Positions 1-9,139 of a DNA stretch of 44,079 bases are shown here, piece after piece. Source of the DNA: Pseudomonadales bacterium (GTDB taxonomy: Bacteria > Pseudomonadota > Gammaproteobacteria > Pseudomonadales > Moraxellaceae); the NCBI GenBank assembly GCA_013043915.1, contig JABEVH010000207.1, forward strand, positions 1-44,079, given 5' to 3'. A model generated the notes under the pieces. That model ran no database searches. It was given only the letters and a program-made list of their open reading frames with translations, and had not been told where the DNA came from. The position numbers were made by a program, and so were the translations under genes. Each line of letters starts with the position of its first letter. Within the stretch, counting starts at the first letter, position 1.

Positions 1-274
1 GGCCTCCTGCACGCAGAACCCGTTCAAGTTCTCCTCCTGATACAATGTCGAAACCTGCTCCCAATTGCGCTAACTGCTGCAGAACAGCGAGATTGCTATT
101 AGCCTTGACGGCATAACATATACGATGAGGTAGCAGGCTCTAAGCCTGTCCTAAGAACTGATACCTTTCTTTAAGTTTTGCCTTGTAATATACATAGCAT
201 GGAGTACCAAACTGATGGGCGAGTTCAGCTGCAGTGAGCTGCTCAATGAATAAGGCATCGTTCGTAGAGGACAT
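1..274 (-). CDS. lysA: Diaminopimelate decarboxylase (LysA), 5' part running off the left edge. The frame is interrupted by an in-frame TAG at 140-142 (possible pseudogene or sequence error).
   Basis: Hand translation of the minus strand from ATG 274 gives [90 protein letters not shown]. FGTPxYVY and the PLP-lysine motif AVKAN are typical of LysA. It is absent from the ORF track because both halves are under 60 aa. Confidence 0.8.
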
Positions 275-278
275 GGGG

Positions 279-416
279 TCAGTTTCCAGGCGTTGAAGCA
301 TGATGGGGCTGCGTTCCGGGAAGATAAAGGGGGCCTTTCTGGCCGCAGGCGGATACTGTGCAGCAGAAAAGAGCTATCAGGGCCAGACGCCCTATGGCAT
401 GGTAAACTGTGTGCAT
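279..416 (-). CDS. lptM: Small lipoprotein of the LptM/YifL (LppL) family
   Basis: Hand translation gives MHTVYHAIGRLALIALFCCTVSACGQKGPLYLPGTQPHHASTPGN*. It has a lipobox (VSAC) followed by a GQKGPLYLP motif. Its stop lies 4 nt upstream of the lysA ATG, the usual lptM-lysA arrangement. It is too short for the ORF track. Confidence 0.7.
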   Translation of the reverse strand: MHTVYHAIGRLALIALFCCTVSACGQKGPLYLPGTQPHHASTPGN

Positions 417-512
417 GATATTCCTACCCATTCAAGACGGTTAGTATAGCGTGCGTCAGAGCGGGACCCTAGGGCTCTTCCCTGGTTGATTGCCGATGTT
501 GGAGAAAATTTT

Positions 513-827
513 ATGAGAACCTATGAGCAGGCGCTTGAAGATACGTTGCAGGCTATTGAGCGCCATGTGGAAGCCTTGGATGCTGACATCGATCAAGATG
601 CAGGGGATGGGATCCTGACACTGATACTTCCTGACCGTAGCCGCATTATACTTAACCGGCAAGCACCCCTGAAAGAACTTTGGTTGGCAGCACGCAGTGG
701 AGGTTATCATTTGAGTTGGCAGGATAATCGCTGGTGGTGTGTCAAGACGAAGGAGGGATTAATGACCCTGATGGGGCGTGTACTGGCCGAGCAGGGTGTG
801 CCTGGCTGGTCTGTTAGCGATGAATAG
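513..827 (+). CDS. cyaY: Iron-sulfur cluster assembly protein CyaY (bacterial frataxin)
   Basis: The ORF runs 486..827. The likely start is ATG 513, preceded by GGAG 8 nt upstream. The sequence YEQALEDTLQAIERHVE...DGILTLILPDRSRIILNRQAPLKELWLAARSGGYHLSW is frataxin-like. It is divergent from lptM-lysA. Confidence 0.85.
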   Translation: MRTYEQALEDTLQAIERHVEALDADIDQDAGDGILTLILPDRSRIILNRQAPLKELWLAARSGGYHLSWQDNRWWCVKTKEGLMTLMGRVLAEQGVPGWSVSDE

Positions 828-891
828 GACACTGAAGTTCTGTTACTATGTGCCGCTTTCTCAACCCATCTGATGTTTGTGTGGCTCTGGC

Positions 892-1989
892 ATGATTATT
901 AGGCGTTATCTTAACGTACAAATCCTGATGTCGACACTGGCTGTGCTGGTGACGCTATTTGTCGTTATTGCGGGTAGTCGCATCATCAAGTACTTTTACT
1001 TGGCAACCCAGGGGAAGCTAGATGTAGATTTACTGATGTCGCTGTTGATGTATCAGTCGCCGGCTTTTTTGGAATTCATTCTCCCGCTCAGCTTTTTTAT
1101 TGGGGTCATGCTGAGCATGGGCCGCATGTATATCGACAATGAAGTGACGGTTCTGGCAGCTACTGGATTTGGTCCGCACCAATTGTTGCAGGGTATGTTT
1201 CCTGTGACAGCGGGCATGCTAGTGGTGTCGGCATTAATGACACTTTATGTGACACCTCGTAGCAATTACCGTGCAGAGGAGCTGTTCGCTGAACAAGCCG
1301 CACGCAATACTTTCGAAGTCCTCCGTCCGGGGATTTTCCAGCCTTTGGACAATGGTCAGGTGTTGTATGTCCGCAGTGTTAGTGAAGATAAGAAGCGATT
1401 ACAAGATGTGTTCGTTTATGGAGCCATGCAAGCGGGCCAAAGGGGGAGTACCGAACTGAGAGCCTCGCGCGGCTTTTTGCAAAATGATCCACACACGGGT
1501 GCCCGTTATCTGACCTTGGAGTCAGGTGAGCGCGATGAACTCTTACCAGGATATAAAAAGTTGCAACGCATCAGGTTTGATACTTATTCCCTGTTACTCA
1601 CCGAAGCGCCGCCTAAGGCGGTGACCATGGTTAAGACCTTGACCGGGCGACAGCTCCTGCAGCATGGAAATATTCTGAATATGGCCGAGCTGTACTGGCG
1701 TTTGTCGCTGGTGGTGCTGGTTCCTGTTGTGGCCATATTGGCCTTATCCTTAAGCAGAGTTAACCCTCGTCAGGGGCGGTTTCTAAAATTGCTGCCTGGG
1801 GTACTTCTTTATTTGAGTTATATCGTCGCCTTGCTGATGGTCCGGCAGTCTTTTGAAAAGCATCATGCCACGCTGATAGCATTTGTAGAAGTTCATCTAG
1901 GTTATGCAGCCTTATCCCTGGTCCTGCTTTTTCAGCGACCGTTACAACTGGCATGGCAGCACCAACAAGCGAGGTTTGAGCGACGATGA
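892..1989 (+). CDS. lptF: LPS export ABC transporter permease LptF (YjgP/YjgQ family)
   Basis: The N-terminus MIIRRYLNVQ... with ...ILPLSFFIGVMLSMGRMYIDNEVTVLAATG matches the LptF pattern. The ATG at 892 lies inside the ORF that opens at TTG 877. It is about 365 aa with multiple TM segments. Confidence 0.8.
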   Translation: MIIRRYLNVQILMSTLAVLVTLFVVIAGSRIIKYFYLATQGKLDVDLLMSLLMYQSPAFLEFILPLSFFIGVMLSMGRMYIDNEVTVLAATGFGPHQLLQGMFPVTAGMLVVSALMTLYVTPRSNYRAEELFAEQAARNTFEVLRPGIFQPLDNGQVLYVRSVSEDKKRLQDVFVYGAMQAGQRGSTELRASRGFLQNDPHTGARYLTLESGERDELLPGYKKLQRIRFDTYSLLLTEAPPKAVTMVKTLTGRQLLQHGNILNMAELYWRLSLVVLVPVVAILALSLSRVNPRQGRFLKLLPGVLLYLSYIVALLMVRQSFEKHHATLIAFVEVHLGYAALSLVLLFQRPLQLAWQHQQARFERR

Positions 1990-3659
1990 CGACTGCACTG
2001 AGGGATACACGTACGGTATCCCAGCGTGACCTGCTCTACATGGTGCTTTATGCCTTGGTGTTGATAGCACTGGCCTGGATGCGGCCCTTGGCTTTGCCGG
2101 ATGAAGGCAGGTATGGTGATGTGGGACGCTGGATGCTACGCTCTGGGGACTGGTTGACTCCGCGGATTGATGGACTGCCATTTTTTCATAAACCCCCCTT
2201 GCTTTACTGGTTGGATGCCATCGCCATGGGTATAGGTGGTGTACATCCATGGGTAGCACGGCTGGTTCCTGCCTTGCATGCCTGGCTGATGGTACTGGTC
2301 ACACAGCGTTACACCCTACGTTATCTTGGACGAGCCGTAGCCGACCGGGCCGCCTTGATGCTTGGGGCTAGTATGCTGGTTTTGGGAGGGGGCGATTATA
2401 TTAATTGCGACATGGTGGTAGCAACCTGGATAAGTATCTGCATTATGGCTTTTGCTGCTGCACTGCAAAGTGAAGGCCATGATCGCCGTAGGTTGGGCTG
2501 GTTGGGATTTGTTGCCGGGGCTCTGGGGCTGCTGAGTAAGGGTTTGATTGGGGTTGCGCTTCCGGGGTTGGTGCTGCTGGTGTGGCTGATTGAAGAGCGT
2601 CGCTGGCTGTCCATGTTACGCTTACCCTGGATAAGCGGAATGTTGTTGTTTTTAGGGGTAGGGTTGCCCTGGTTTATATTGCTGGAGCATCGCTATGGCG
2701 GATTTTTTCATTATTTCTTTATTGAGCAGCAATTTACCCGGTATGTGGGTACAGGTTTTAACAATCGGCAACCCTGGCCTTTCTATCTAGTCTGTCTGGT
2801 GGTGTTATTCTTTCCCTTCAGCACCTTGATAAGGTGGCGACCACCTATGGCCGTTATGGCCCGTGGGCAACTGGCGACCTGGCGGCTGGCGTGGATCTGG
2901 CTGTTGAGCATCTTGATATTCTTTAGTATTCCTGCATCCAAACTTGTGGGCTATATCCTGCCGGTAATGCCCGCTTTGGCTATATTGGCCGCTCTGGCCT
3001 GGCCACAAGTACATGCTCAGCGTACAACTCGCTGGCTGGTCATGGTAGGCTCGCTCTTGCTGGGTATAACCCTGGTCGCGCTGGGAGCATGGACATGGCC
3101 ATCCTTGTTGCTACCTTGGCCGGTGCGTACGCTGGCTATAGGGTCAGGTCTGCTTTGGTTGGTGGGGGGGCTCGTCAGTCGCTGGCTGGTGCCGGGAAAG
3201 TTGTTGATGCTCTGGGCCATGCAATCCATCATGACCTTGGTTGCGGTCAATGCCGGGGTGGCGTATCAATCCACGGCCAAAGGCAGCCTGTTGCTGGCTG
3301 AGTATATAAAACAACAAGACCCGCATCCTCAGGTGATTACCTATGCCGGTTATCCTTTTGATCTACCCTTTTACTTGGATACACGGGAGGTCATCCCTAC
3401 TCTGGGGGCTTGGAAGCAGCGCTTATCCTATGTCAGGGATGATGGTGATCAGCAACTGATTGATGGTCTGGCATTTGAGCCAGCAGCGGGTAAGGTTTTA
3501 CTTGAAGAATCTGCACTGGATGTTTTAAGCAGGCAGGAACCCCATGCCTGGCTAGTCACTCCGGCTAATTTGCAGGATGAGCGAGTCCAGCGACTTTACC
3601 AAAAAGATAAGGTGATGGGGCGCTGGGCTGTATGGCGTCTCAGGGCAGGGGGAGCTTAG
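1986..3659 (+). CDS. ArnT-like GT39/GT83 family glycosyltransferase (polyprenyl-phosphate-sugar-dependent, polytopic membrane protein)
   Basis: LALPDEGRYGDVGRWMLRSGDWLTPRIDGLPFFHKPPLLYW matches the ArnT/PMT_2 N-terminal signature (PDExRY...GDW...KPPL.YW). It has many TM helices. Its start overlaps the lptF stop (ATGA at 1986-1989). Confidence 0.75.
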   Translation: MTTALRDTRTVSQRDLLYMVLYALVLIALAWMRPLALPDEGRYGDVGRWMLRSGDWLTPRIDGLPFFHKPPLLYWLDAIAMGIGGVHPWVARLVPALHAWLMVLVTQRYTLRYLGRAVADRAALMLGASMLVLGGGDYINCDMVVATWISICIMAFAAALQSEGHDRRRLGWLGFVAGALGLLSKGLIGVALPGLVLLVWLIEERRWLSMLRLPWISGMLLFLGVGLPWFILLEHRYGGFFHYFFIEQQFTRYVGTGFNNRQPWPFYLVCLVVLFFPFSTLIRWRPPMAVMARGQLATWRLAWIWLLSILIFFSIPASKLVGYILPVMPALAILAALAWPQVHAQRTTRWLVMVGSLLLGITLVALGAWTWPSLLLPWPVRTLAIGSGLLWLVGGLVSRWLVPGKLLMLWAMQSIMTLVAVNAGVAYQSTAKGSLLLAEYIKQQDPHPQVITYAGYPFDLPFYLDTREVIPTLGAWKQRLSYVRDDGDQQLIDGLAFEPAAGKVLLEESALDVLSRQEPHAWLVTPANLQDERVQRLYQKDKVMGRWAVWRLRAGGA

Positions 3660-4860
3660 GTAACTCCTGAGTCAGCAGGGCAAGTCCATCGATAAGATAG
3701 CGTTGAGCTTGATGGTCGTTCATACGAACAAGGAGCCTGACTAGCTCGGCATAAGTCTCAGGGTCATGACGCAGAGTCACCGCCGACTCGAAATAATCGC
3801 GCGCCTGGCTGAACTGATGGTTTTGTAAACAGAGTCTGCCAAGCGCGCGCAATAAACCTGCATGATGAGGTGCCTTGCTCAACAAGGATTCAGCAAATCG
3901 TAATGCTGCATCTGGATGCGAACTGGCTGTGCAGCCGTATATGTCTACGAGTTCATCCTTGACCGATACACTGAGCCGTTCACGTAACAGTAACTCTGCC
4001 GTGTCATGGTCATTAAGTCTAAGCAGTCCACGGGCATAACTGGCGGTGATGTCGGCGTGATCACGTAGCTTACGAGGCAAGGCTAAAAAATAGTCCCGCA
4101 ATCGCTTAAGCGTATAGGCTTGGTTGATCACGGTGCCGCTGGCTGCTATGTGAGCAAGCACTTGACTATGCGCATGTCTTTCCAGGGTCCAGGCGGCATC
4201 GTCTTGACGACGGGCACGCTGCCTTAGAACAGGGAGTAAATCAGCCAGTTCACCCCAGAGCCCCAGTTGGGCGAGCACACGCAGCAGCATTTTTATCGCT
4301 TCAACATCACTGGGGTAATCTTGGCGCATTTGACGCAAAGCTACGGCGGCAAGTTCCCATTGATTGGCTTCGATGAGCAGCCGCGCCCTGGCTAAACCAA
4401 CAGGCAGGCCCAAGCCTCCTGTTTGAGCCAGTTGTAGGTAGTGCTGCGAGCGTTCATAGGCACGTAAATGCTGGGCAGCCCGAGCAGCTGCCAGGTAAGC
4501 GGGAAGAGGGTGTTCAGCTAAGCTGGCTGCTGCAAATAGATGTCTCTCGGCTTTTTCCCAAGCGCCTGATTCGAGTTCCGAGGTTCCTTGAGAAAGCAGT
4601 TGAGCGCTACGCTGCTGACGCCGCCGGTGAGACCAGCGCGACATCCATGCGGGGAAATTGACTAGCCGCAGAAGTAGCTGCAGGGTCAAAAACAGCAGCA
4701 GCGTGGCTAAGACAACCAAGGCTAAGGCAGTCCACAAACTGGTTTCCAGGGCACTTCCTTGCCAGCTGATGAGTACGTAACCAGGGTCTTCCAGCATGGC
4801 CAAGCCCAAAGCCCCCCCGCCGATCAGTGCCAGGAGTCCAAGTAGCCATATGCCTCTCAT
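3640..4860 (-). CDS. hemY: HemY-like protein (N-terminal membrane anchor plus TPR-like repeats)
   Basis: It is the last gene of the hemC-D-X-Y order. It has two N-terminal TM segments followed by a helical repeat region. A 4-nt overlap joins it to the upstream hemX ORF. Confidence 0.7.
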   Translation of the reverse strand: MRGIWLLGLLALIGGGALGLAMLEDPGYVLISWQGSALETSLWTALALVVLATLLLFLTLQLLLRLVNFPAWMSRWSHRRRQQRSAQLLSQGTSELESGAWEKAERHLFAAASLAEHPLPAYLAAARAAQHLRAYERSQHYLQLAQTGGLGLPVGLARARLLIEANQWELAAVALRQMRQDYPSDVEAIKMLLRVLAQLGLWGELADLLPVLRQRARRQDDAAWTLERHAHSQVLAHIAASGTVINQAYTLKRLRDYFLALPRKLRDHADITASYARGLLRLNDHDTAELLLRERLSVSVKDELVDIYGCTASSHPDAALRFAESLLSKAPHHAGLLRALGRLCLQNHQFSQARDYFESAVTLRHDPETYAELVRLLVRMNDHQAQRYLIDGLALLTQELPKLPLP

Positions 4861-5774
4861 GGTGTATCCTGCCCAAGCTGCAGACTATCCAGAGTCTTTA
4901 GTGAGCGATCCAGGTTAAGCTGCGGATAAGCTATGGATAAGGCCATGAGCGATTGCAGCTCGTTGTCGATAGCCTGGTAGGAGGCTTGATCATAGAGCAG
5001 CGCGTGTTGATGTAATAACTGCTCGGTATCAAGCAAGGCTTGCTGATAAACGGCATTCTGCCGGTGCAATAATGCCCAGATAGCTTGGTCCAGTAAGGCC
5101 TGTTCATGCCACTTCAAGGCATTTCGCTCTAATTCATCGGGTAGCGTACCCGATGCTGAAGACGGGTGACGCAAGCTGATCAAATGGCTGAAGTGCATCA
5201 TGCCTTCTTGCCAAAGTTGCTTCCATCCTTGGGTGATAGGTTCGGGTGACACAGCACGGACAGGTGTGGATGAACGTCCAGGTACCAGGTTCATGGGCAA
5301 CTGCTGTAGGCGAGAGGCGACAGCATGAAGACGCAGGTAGGTTCCTGGAATATCCAGTTGTGCAGCACTTTGCACGTTTAATAAGTCTTGAGCCAGTGAG
5401 CTGCGCAAGGGAAGTATATGATCATCACGGCTGCTGGCGGCCAGACCATCTGCATTATGTAACAAAGGCAGAACTTCGGCAGGGTTACGCCCCAGCATAA
5501 GCTGTTGTTCAGCAATATGCAGATCATAGCCGATTTCTGCAAGTAACCAACGTTCGCGCAGGCTGGGATCCGTTTGGACCTGATGCAGCATAGTCAGGGT
5601 ATGTTGTGTGTCCTGTGTTTCCTGAACCTGGACATGATCTAAGCGTTGGTCTAGTTGCAGCGTTGAAGTTTGCAGATGTTTAAGCCATGGCCATCCGTAG
5701 GCAATCGCTAGATAAATGCCCACGACCTGAGCAAGTACCAGTATTCTGAACATGAAATGACGTAGAGCCAGCAT
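4857..5774 (-). CDS. hemX: HemX-like membrane protein (uroporphyrinogen-III C-methyltransferase-like, HemX family)
   Basis: It sits between hemD and hemY. It has a single N-terminal TM helix followed by a Q/L-rich helical periplasmic region. The call rests mainly on synteny. Confidence 0.6.
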   Translation of the reverse strand: MLALRHFMFRILVLAQVVGIYLAIAYGWPWLKHLQTSTLQLDQRLDHVQVQETQDTQHTLTMLHQVQTDPSLRERWLLAEIGYDLHIAEQQLMLGRNPAEVLPLLHNADGLAASSRDDHILPLRSSLAQDLLNVQSAAQLDIPGTYLRLHAVASRLQQLPMNLVPGRSSTPVRAVSPEPITQGWKQLWQEGMMHFSHLISLRHPSSASGTLPDELERNALKWHEQALLDQAIWALLHRQNAVYQQALLDTEQLLHQHALLYDQASYQAIDNELQSLMALSIAYPQLNLDRSLKTLDSLQLGQDTP

Positions 5775-5777
5775 GCG

Positions 5778-6557
5778 TTAACAACCTCCTGTAGGTACGG
5801 TGTCACCAAGGCTCATTGCTTGCCAAGCAAGAACGGCACGTACCAGATCCATGTCCCTGACGCCTTCAGAGCTCCAGATATGCTGGGCACCGGCTTCTTT
5901 AGCCATCGTATGAAGACGAGGACTGACGACTAAGAGCCACGGTTCAGACCAGCTGGCGCCTGCAATGGATTGCCAGTGCAGCAAAGATTCACCGCTGGTC
6001 AGAATGACCAGATCTGCCCTACGATGCGCAAGTAACGCCTGTAAACGAACCCGGGCGGTTTCAGGGAGGACGCGTCGATAAACTTCCAGATAGTGCACAT
6101 CGCTGCCTCGTTCTTTCAGGCGCTCGGCGAGTAACTCCCGGCCACCCTGGCCTCTTACGATAACCACACGTTGTTGGGTGTTGAGTTCAGGCATGTCTAG
6201 CAGTCCTTCACTATCGGCTTGGCTGGGAACTTCAACACGTACACCTCGTTGTTCCAGCAGATCTGCTGTGCCTTGACCTGGAGCCAAAAACTTCAGGGTA
6301 TAAAGTCGGTCAGCCCAGAGTTGACGAATCACCGGCCAGCCACAAATAACCGCAGATTTGCTAATAAAAACCACAGTCTCGGGCTCAAGATGTTTTATCG
6401 TATCATCGATAAAGGGACCATATGGGATAATTTCAAGCAGGGGAATATGCTCGCAGTAGGCTCCTAGTGCTTCAAAATCCGCAACCAGCCTTTTACCCTG
6501 ATCCTGGGGACGTGTAACCAGGATACATCTTCCTTGTAAGGGTTTTTCAGTGTTCAT
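5778..6557 (-). CDS. hemD: Uroporphyrinogen-III synthase
   Basis: The ORF runs 5778..6608. The likely start is ATG 6557 ([21 protein letters not shown]...), which overlaps the hemC stop by 11 nt. ILVTRP is the typical HemD N-terminus. Confidence 0.75.
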   Translation of the reverse strand: MNTEKPLQGRCILVTRPQDQGKRLVADFEALGAYCEHIPLLEIIPYGPFIDDTIKHLEPETVVFISKSAVICGWPVIRQLWADRLYTLKFLAPGQGTADLLEQRGVRVEVPSQADSEGLLDMPELNTQQRVVIVRGQGGRELLAERLKERGSDVHYLEVYRRVLPETARVRLQALLAHRRADLVILTSGESLLHWQSIAGASWSEPWLLVVSPRLHTMAKEAGAQHIWSSEGVRDMDLVRAVLAWQAMSLGDTVPTGGC

Positions 6558-7485
6558 GGATGGCTCTGAGTACGTCGCCAGCTCCCTGATCCAGCAGGGC
6601 TTGAGCAACGTGACGGCCTAAGGTCTCAGCAGCCAAACGAGGGGCTTTTGCTTCCGCTCGCAGGATAAGGCTGCCATCGTTGGATCCTACCAAGCCTCGT
6701 AACCACAGCTGATCGCCATCGAGTTCAGCAAAACCTGCTATGGGCACCTGGCAACCACCTGAAAGGGTAAGGTTCATGGCACGTTCTGCCTGAACCTGAT
6801 ACCAGGTGGTCTCATGTTGCAGAGGCTGGAGTAGTGCTAAAAGCTCTGTATCATCCTGCCGGCATTCAATACCTACGGCGCCTTGTCCGACGGCAGGAAG
6901 TAGTGTGGTGGTATCTAGACGCTGTCGAATACGATCACCTAGGTTAAGTCGAATCATGCCCGCCGTAGCCAGAATAATGGCGTCATACTCACCTGCATCC
7001 AGTTTGGCGAGTCGGGTATTGACGTTGCCGCGCAAATCATGAATAACCAGGTCGGGGCGCAAGGCTCGCAACTGACACTGGCGGCGCAAGCTAGATGTAC
7101 CGACGATGGCGCCCTGGGGTAGATCGAGAAGATGCTCAAAACGGTGGCTGATCAAGGCATCGCGAGGGTCTGCACGTTCACAGGTTGCTGCCAGCATCAG
7201 GCCTTCCGGGAACTCCATGGGCACATCTTTCATGGAATGAACCGCTAGATCTGCCCGTCCTTCCAACAGAGCATGTTCCAATTCTTTGACGAATAAACCT
7301 TTGCCTCCGACCTTAGCCAGGGGAGCATCGAGTATGCGATCCCCCCGCGTCGTCATGGTCAGCAGTTCTACGTTAAGTCCACGATGGGCCTGCTGCAAGC
7401 GATCACGCACATACTCAGCTTGCCATAAGGCGAGAGGGCTCTTACGGGTGGCAATTTTCAGGCTTCGTTCCACGGCTAGGCTCAA
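6547..7485 (-). CDS. hemC: Hydroxymethylbilane synthase (porphobilinogen deaminase)
   Basis: [28 protein letters not shown] and [11 protein letters not shown] are canonical HemC blocks over the full 312 aa. Confidence 0.95.
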   Translation of the reverse strand: MSLAVERSLKIATRKSPLALWQAEYVRDRLQQAHRGLNVELLTMTTRGDRILDAPLAKVGGKGLFVKELEHALLEGRADLAVHSMKDVPMEFPEGLMLAATCERADPRDALISHRFEHLLDLPQGAIVGTSSLRRQCQLRALRPDLVIHDLRGNVNTRLAKLDAGEYDAIILATAGMIRLNLGDRIRQRLDTTTLLPAVGQGAVGIECRQDDTELLALLQPLQHETTWYQVQAERAMNLTLSGGCQVPIAGFAELDGDQLWLRGLVGSNDGSLILRAEAKAPRLAAETLGRHVAQALLDQGAGDVLRAIHEH

Positions 7486-7535
7486 ACTGGCGGTTACAGT
7501 TGCTAGCTTATCTCAAAATTACGTTGCCGGCGATG

Positions 7536-7859
7536 TCAGTTACCATAGACGATGGTAGTTACGTCAGTGATGATGCCAAGAACGCTGGTGGTTTCGATAT
7601 CGACATGATGGATATGAGCGATTCCTCCATTTTGTGCGGCGGTTTCAATACTGGCATCACCTTGAGCATACCAGCCAAAGATGGAACGTACGCTTGAGCG
7701 TCCGACTTTATTGGGTCTTTCGGTGCTATCTGTAGCCATCAGCGGCGTTATAGTATGTTTATAGGCAAAGCCTGTGACTCCAACCGGGGTATTGGCCATG
7801 GCTACGCAGCCGGATAGCAGCGTACTTACCAAAGCGAGAGCAGCTAGATTGCGCAGCAT
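7536..7859 (-). CDS. TRL-like family small lipoprotein
   Basis: The likely start is ATG 7859, with AGGAG 8 nt upstream. The signal and lipobox are MLRNLAALALVSTLLSGC. The C-terminal part ...FGWYAQGDASIETAAQNGGIAHIHHVDIETTSVLGI...YGN resembles the TRL domain as I recall it from memory. Confidence 0.55.
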   Translation of the reverse strand: MLRNLAALALVSTLLSGCVAMANTPVGVTGFAYKHTITPLMATDSTERPNKVGRSSVRSIFGWYAQGDASIETAAQNGGIAHIHHVDIETTSVLGIITDVTTIVYGN

Positions 7860-7870
7860 GTTGATGACTC

Positions 7871-9001
7871 CTAGGGGGTTGATGTAGTCGTTGTTGAGTT
7901 TGATTTCTTTTTGGACCAAGGTAGGTGTAGCCAGCCAAGGTGCAGATGCGGAGGATTGAGGGCGTTAACCATCCAAGGGCATCCGTTGTAGGTCGTATCG
8001 CCCTTGACCTTCTGCACATGATCACCAAGCCAATGTACAATGTCTCCCCAGGCTGCTTCACGGCCAAAATCGCTGAGCAAAGCATGCGACATGCCGTCGT
8101 AACGGATTAACGTTTTATCCTGGCTGCTGGAGTTTTGACAAAGGAACTCGCTGGAATCTACAGGAACAAGATTGTCTTTGGTTCCCTGAAGGATGAGCAT
8201 GGGAGCCTGAAGTTCCGGTGTTTGTCGGCGTATACGTAGCATGGCATCATACAAGCCATTGACATAACTAGCAGGTAACCAGGTATGGGTGTTATTGGGG
8301 TCCTGCATAAAACGATCACGTGTGTCTGGGTCAAAGAAAACTTGATCAATGACAGGGCGCCAGAGGGGTAGCAGGGGGAGATTGGGAAAGGTCTCGCCGA
8401 TTACTTTACCCGACCACATGACAGGTGCCATCAAAGTATGCGGAGCATGCCAGCCAAATATACCTGGATTAGCCCAGACAGCAGGTGCTGATAAAATGAG
8501 TCCACTGTTAGGAACAGCATGTTCAAGTTGGGCAAGCAGGACAACTGCTCCCCCTAAACTTTCCCCAAGCAGATAAATCTGCTTGCCCGGATAGCGTAAT
8601 CGGGCATCTGCAGCGAGCTGTTGAAGATCAAGAACGTACTCATCATAGCTGCCAATATAGCCGCGGCGTTTTCCAAATCCACCGGACTGTCCCCATCCGC
8701 GCAGGTCGATAGCGCCTACAGCATAGCCGGCTTCCTGGAGATGTTTTGCCAGGGGGGCATAAAAACCGCTGTGCAGAGCGGTGCCATGCACAATGAGTAC
8801 AACAGCCAAGGGCTGGCTAAGATTCCACCATTGACCGAAGAGTTGTACGTGATCAGGAGTTTCGTAGACAGCAGCCTCTCCACCCTCAGCAACCGTGGGG
8901 TGTTTGACCATGCCATGACGAACAGGTGGACTGACACATGCACCTAGGAGCAATAAACTCCCAATGACACATAGGCGTCGAAAAAAATTGCGCCTTAACA
9001 T
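7871..9001 (-). CDS. Alpha/beta-hydrolase lipoprotein (lysophospholipase / monoacylglycerol-lipase-like)
   Basis: The lipoprotein signal is ...LLLLGAC. It has the nucleophile elbow GESLGG, an HG oxyanion motif (LIVHGTALHSG), and a size and layout typical of the Hydrolase_4 family. Confidence 0.75.
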   Translation of the reverse strand: MLRRNFFRRLCVIGSLLLLGACVSPPVRHGMVKHPTVAEGGEAAVYETPDHVQLFGQWWNLSQPLAVVLIVHGTALHSGFYAPLAKHLQEAGYAVGAIDLRGWGQSGGFGKRRGYIGSYDEYVLDLQQLAADARLRYPGKQIYLLGESLGGAVVLLAQLEHAVPNSGLILSAPAVWANPGIFGWHAPHTLMAPVMWSGKVIGETFPNLPLLPLWRPVIDQVFFDPDTRDRFMQDPNNTHTWLPASYVNGLYDAMLRIRRQTPELQAPMLILQGTKDNLVPVDSSEFLCQNSSSQDKTLIRYDGMSHALLSDFGREAAWGDIVHWLGDHVQKVKGDTTYNGCPWMVNALNPPHLHLGWLHLPWSKKKSNSTTTTSTP

Positions 9002-9139
9002 AGGTTGACGTCCCCCACGATGACAGGCCCGTGCGGCTTGTTGTTTTTATGATCGAGGCTGATTGTAGGTCAAGGCGATAGCTTTGACTACAGAAGACCC
9101 TTCATAGCAGGCATCATTTTGTTGCATCCATGTAAATTC

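Noticed and set aside
140-142. Interpreting the lysA in-frame TAG as programmed recoding (pyrrolysine or readthrough)
   Set aside because: I saw no Pyl machinery or recoding signal in the window, and proteobacteria are not known to use it. A sequencing error or a plain nonsense mutation is far more likely.
456-710. 84-aa minus-strand ORF overlapping cyaY
   Set aside because: It lies antisense to a clearly recognisable frataxin gene. It has no motif or ribosome-binding site and a Cys/Pro-rich shadow-frame composition.
9002-9139. Imperfect inverted repeat (GTAGGTCAAGG...CTTTGACTAC) between algR and the hydrolase gene, considered as a terminator
   Set aside because: The stem has mismatches or bulges and lacks a following T-run, so the evidence is too weak to annotate.
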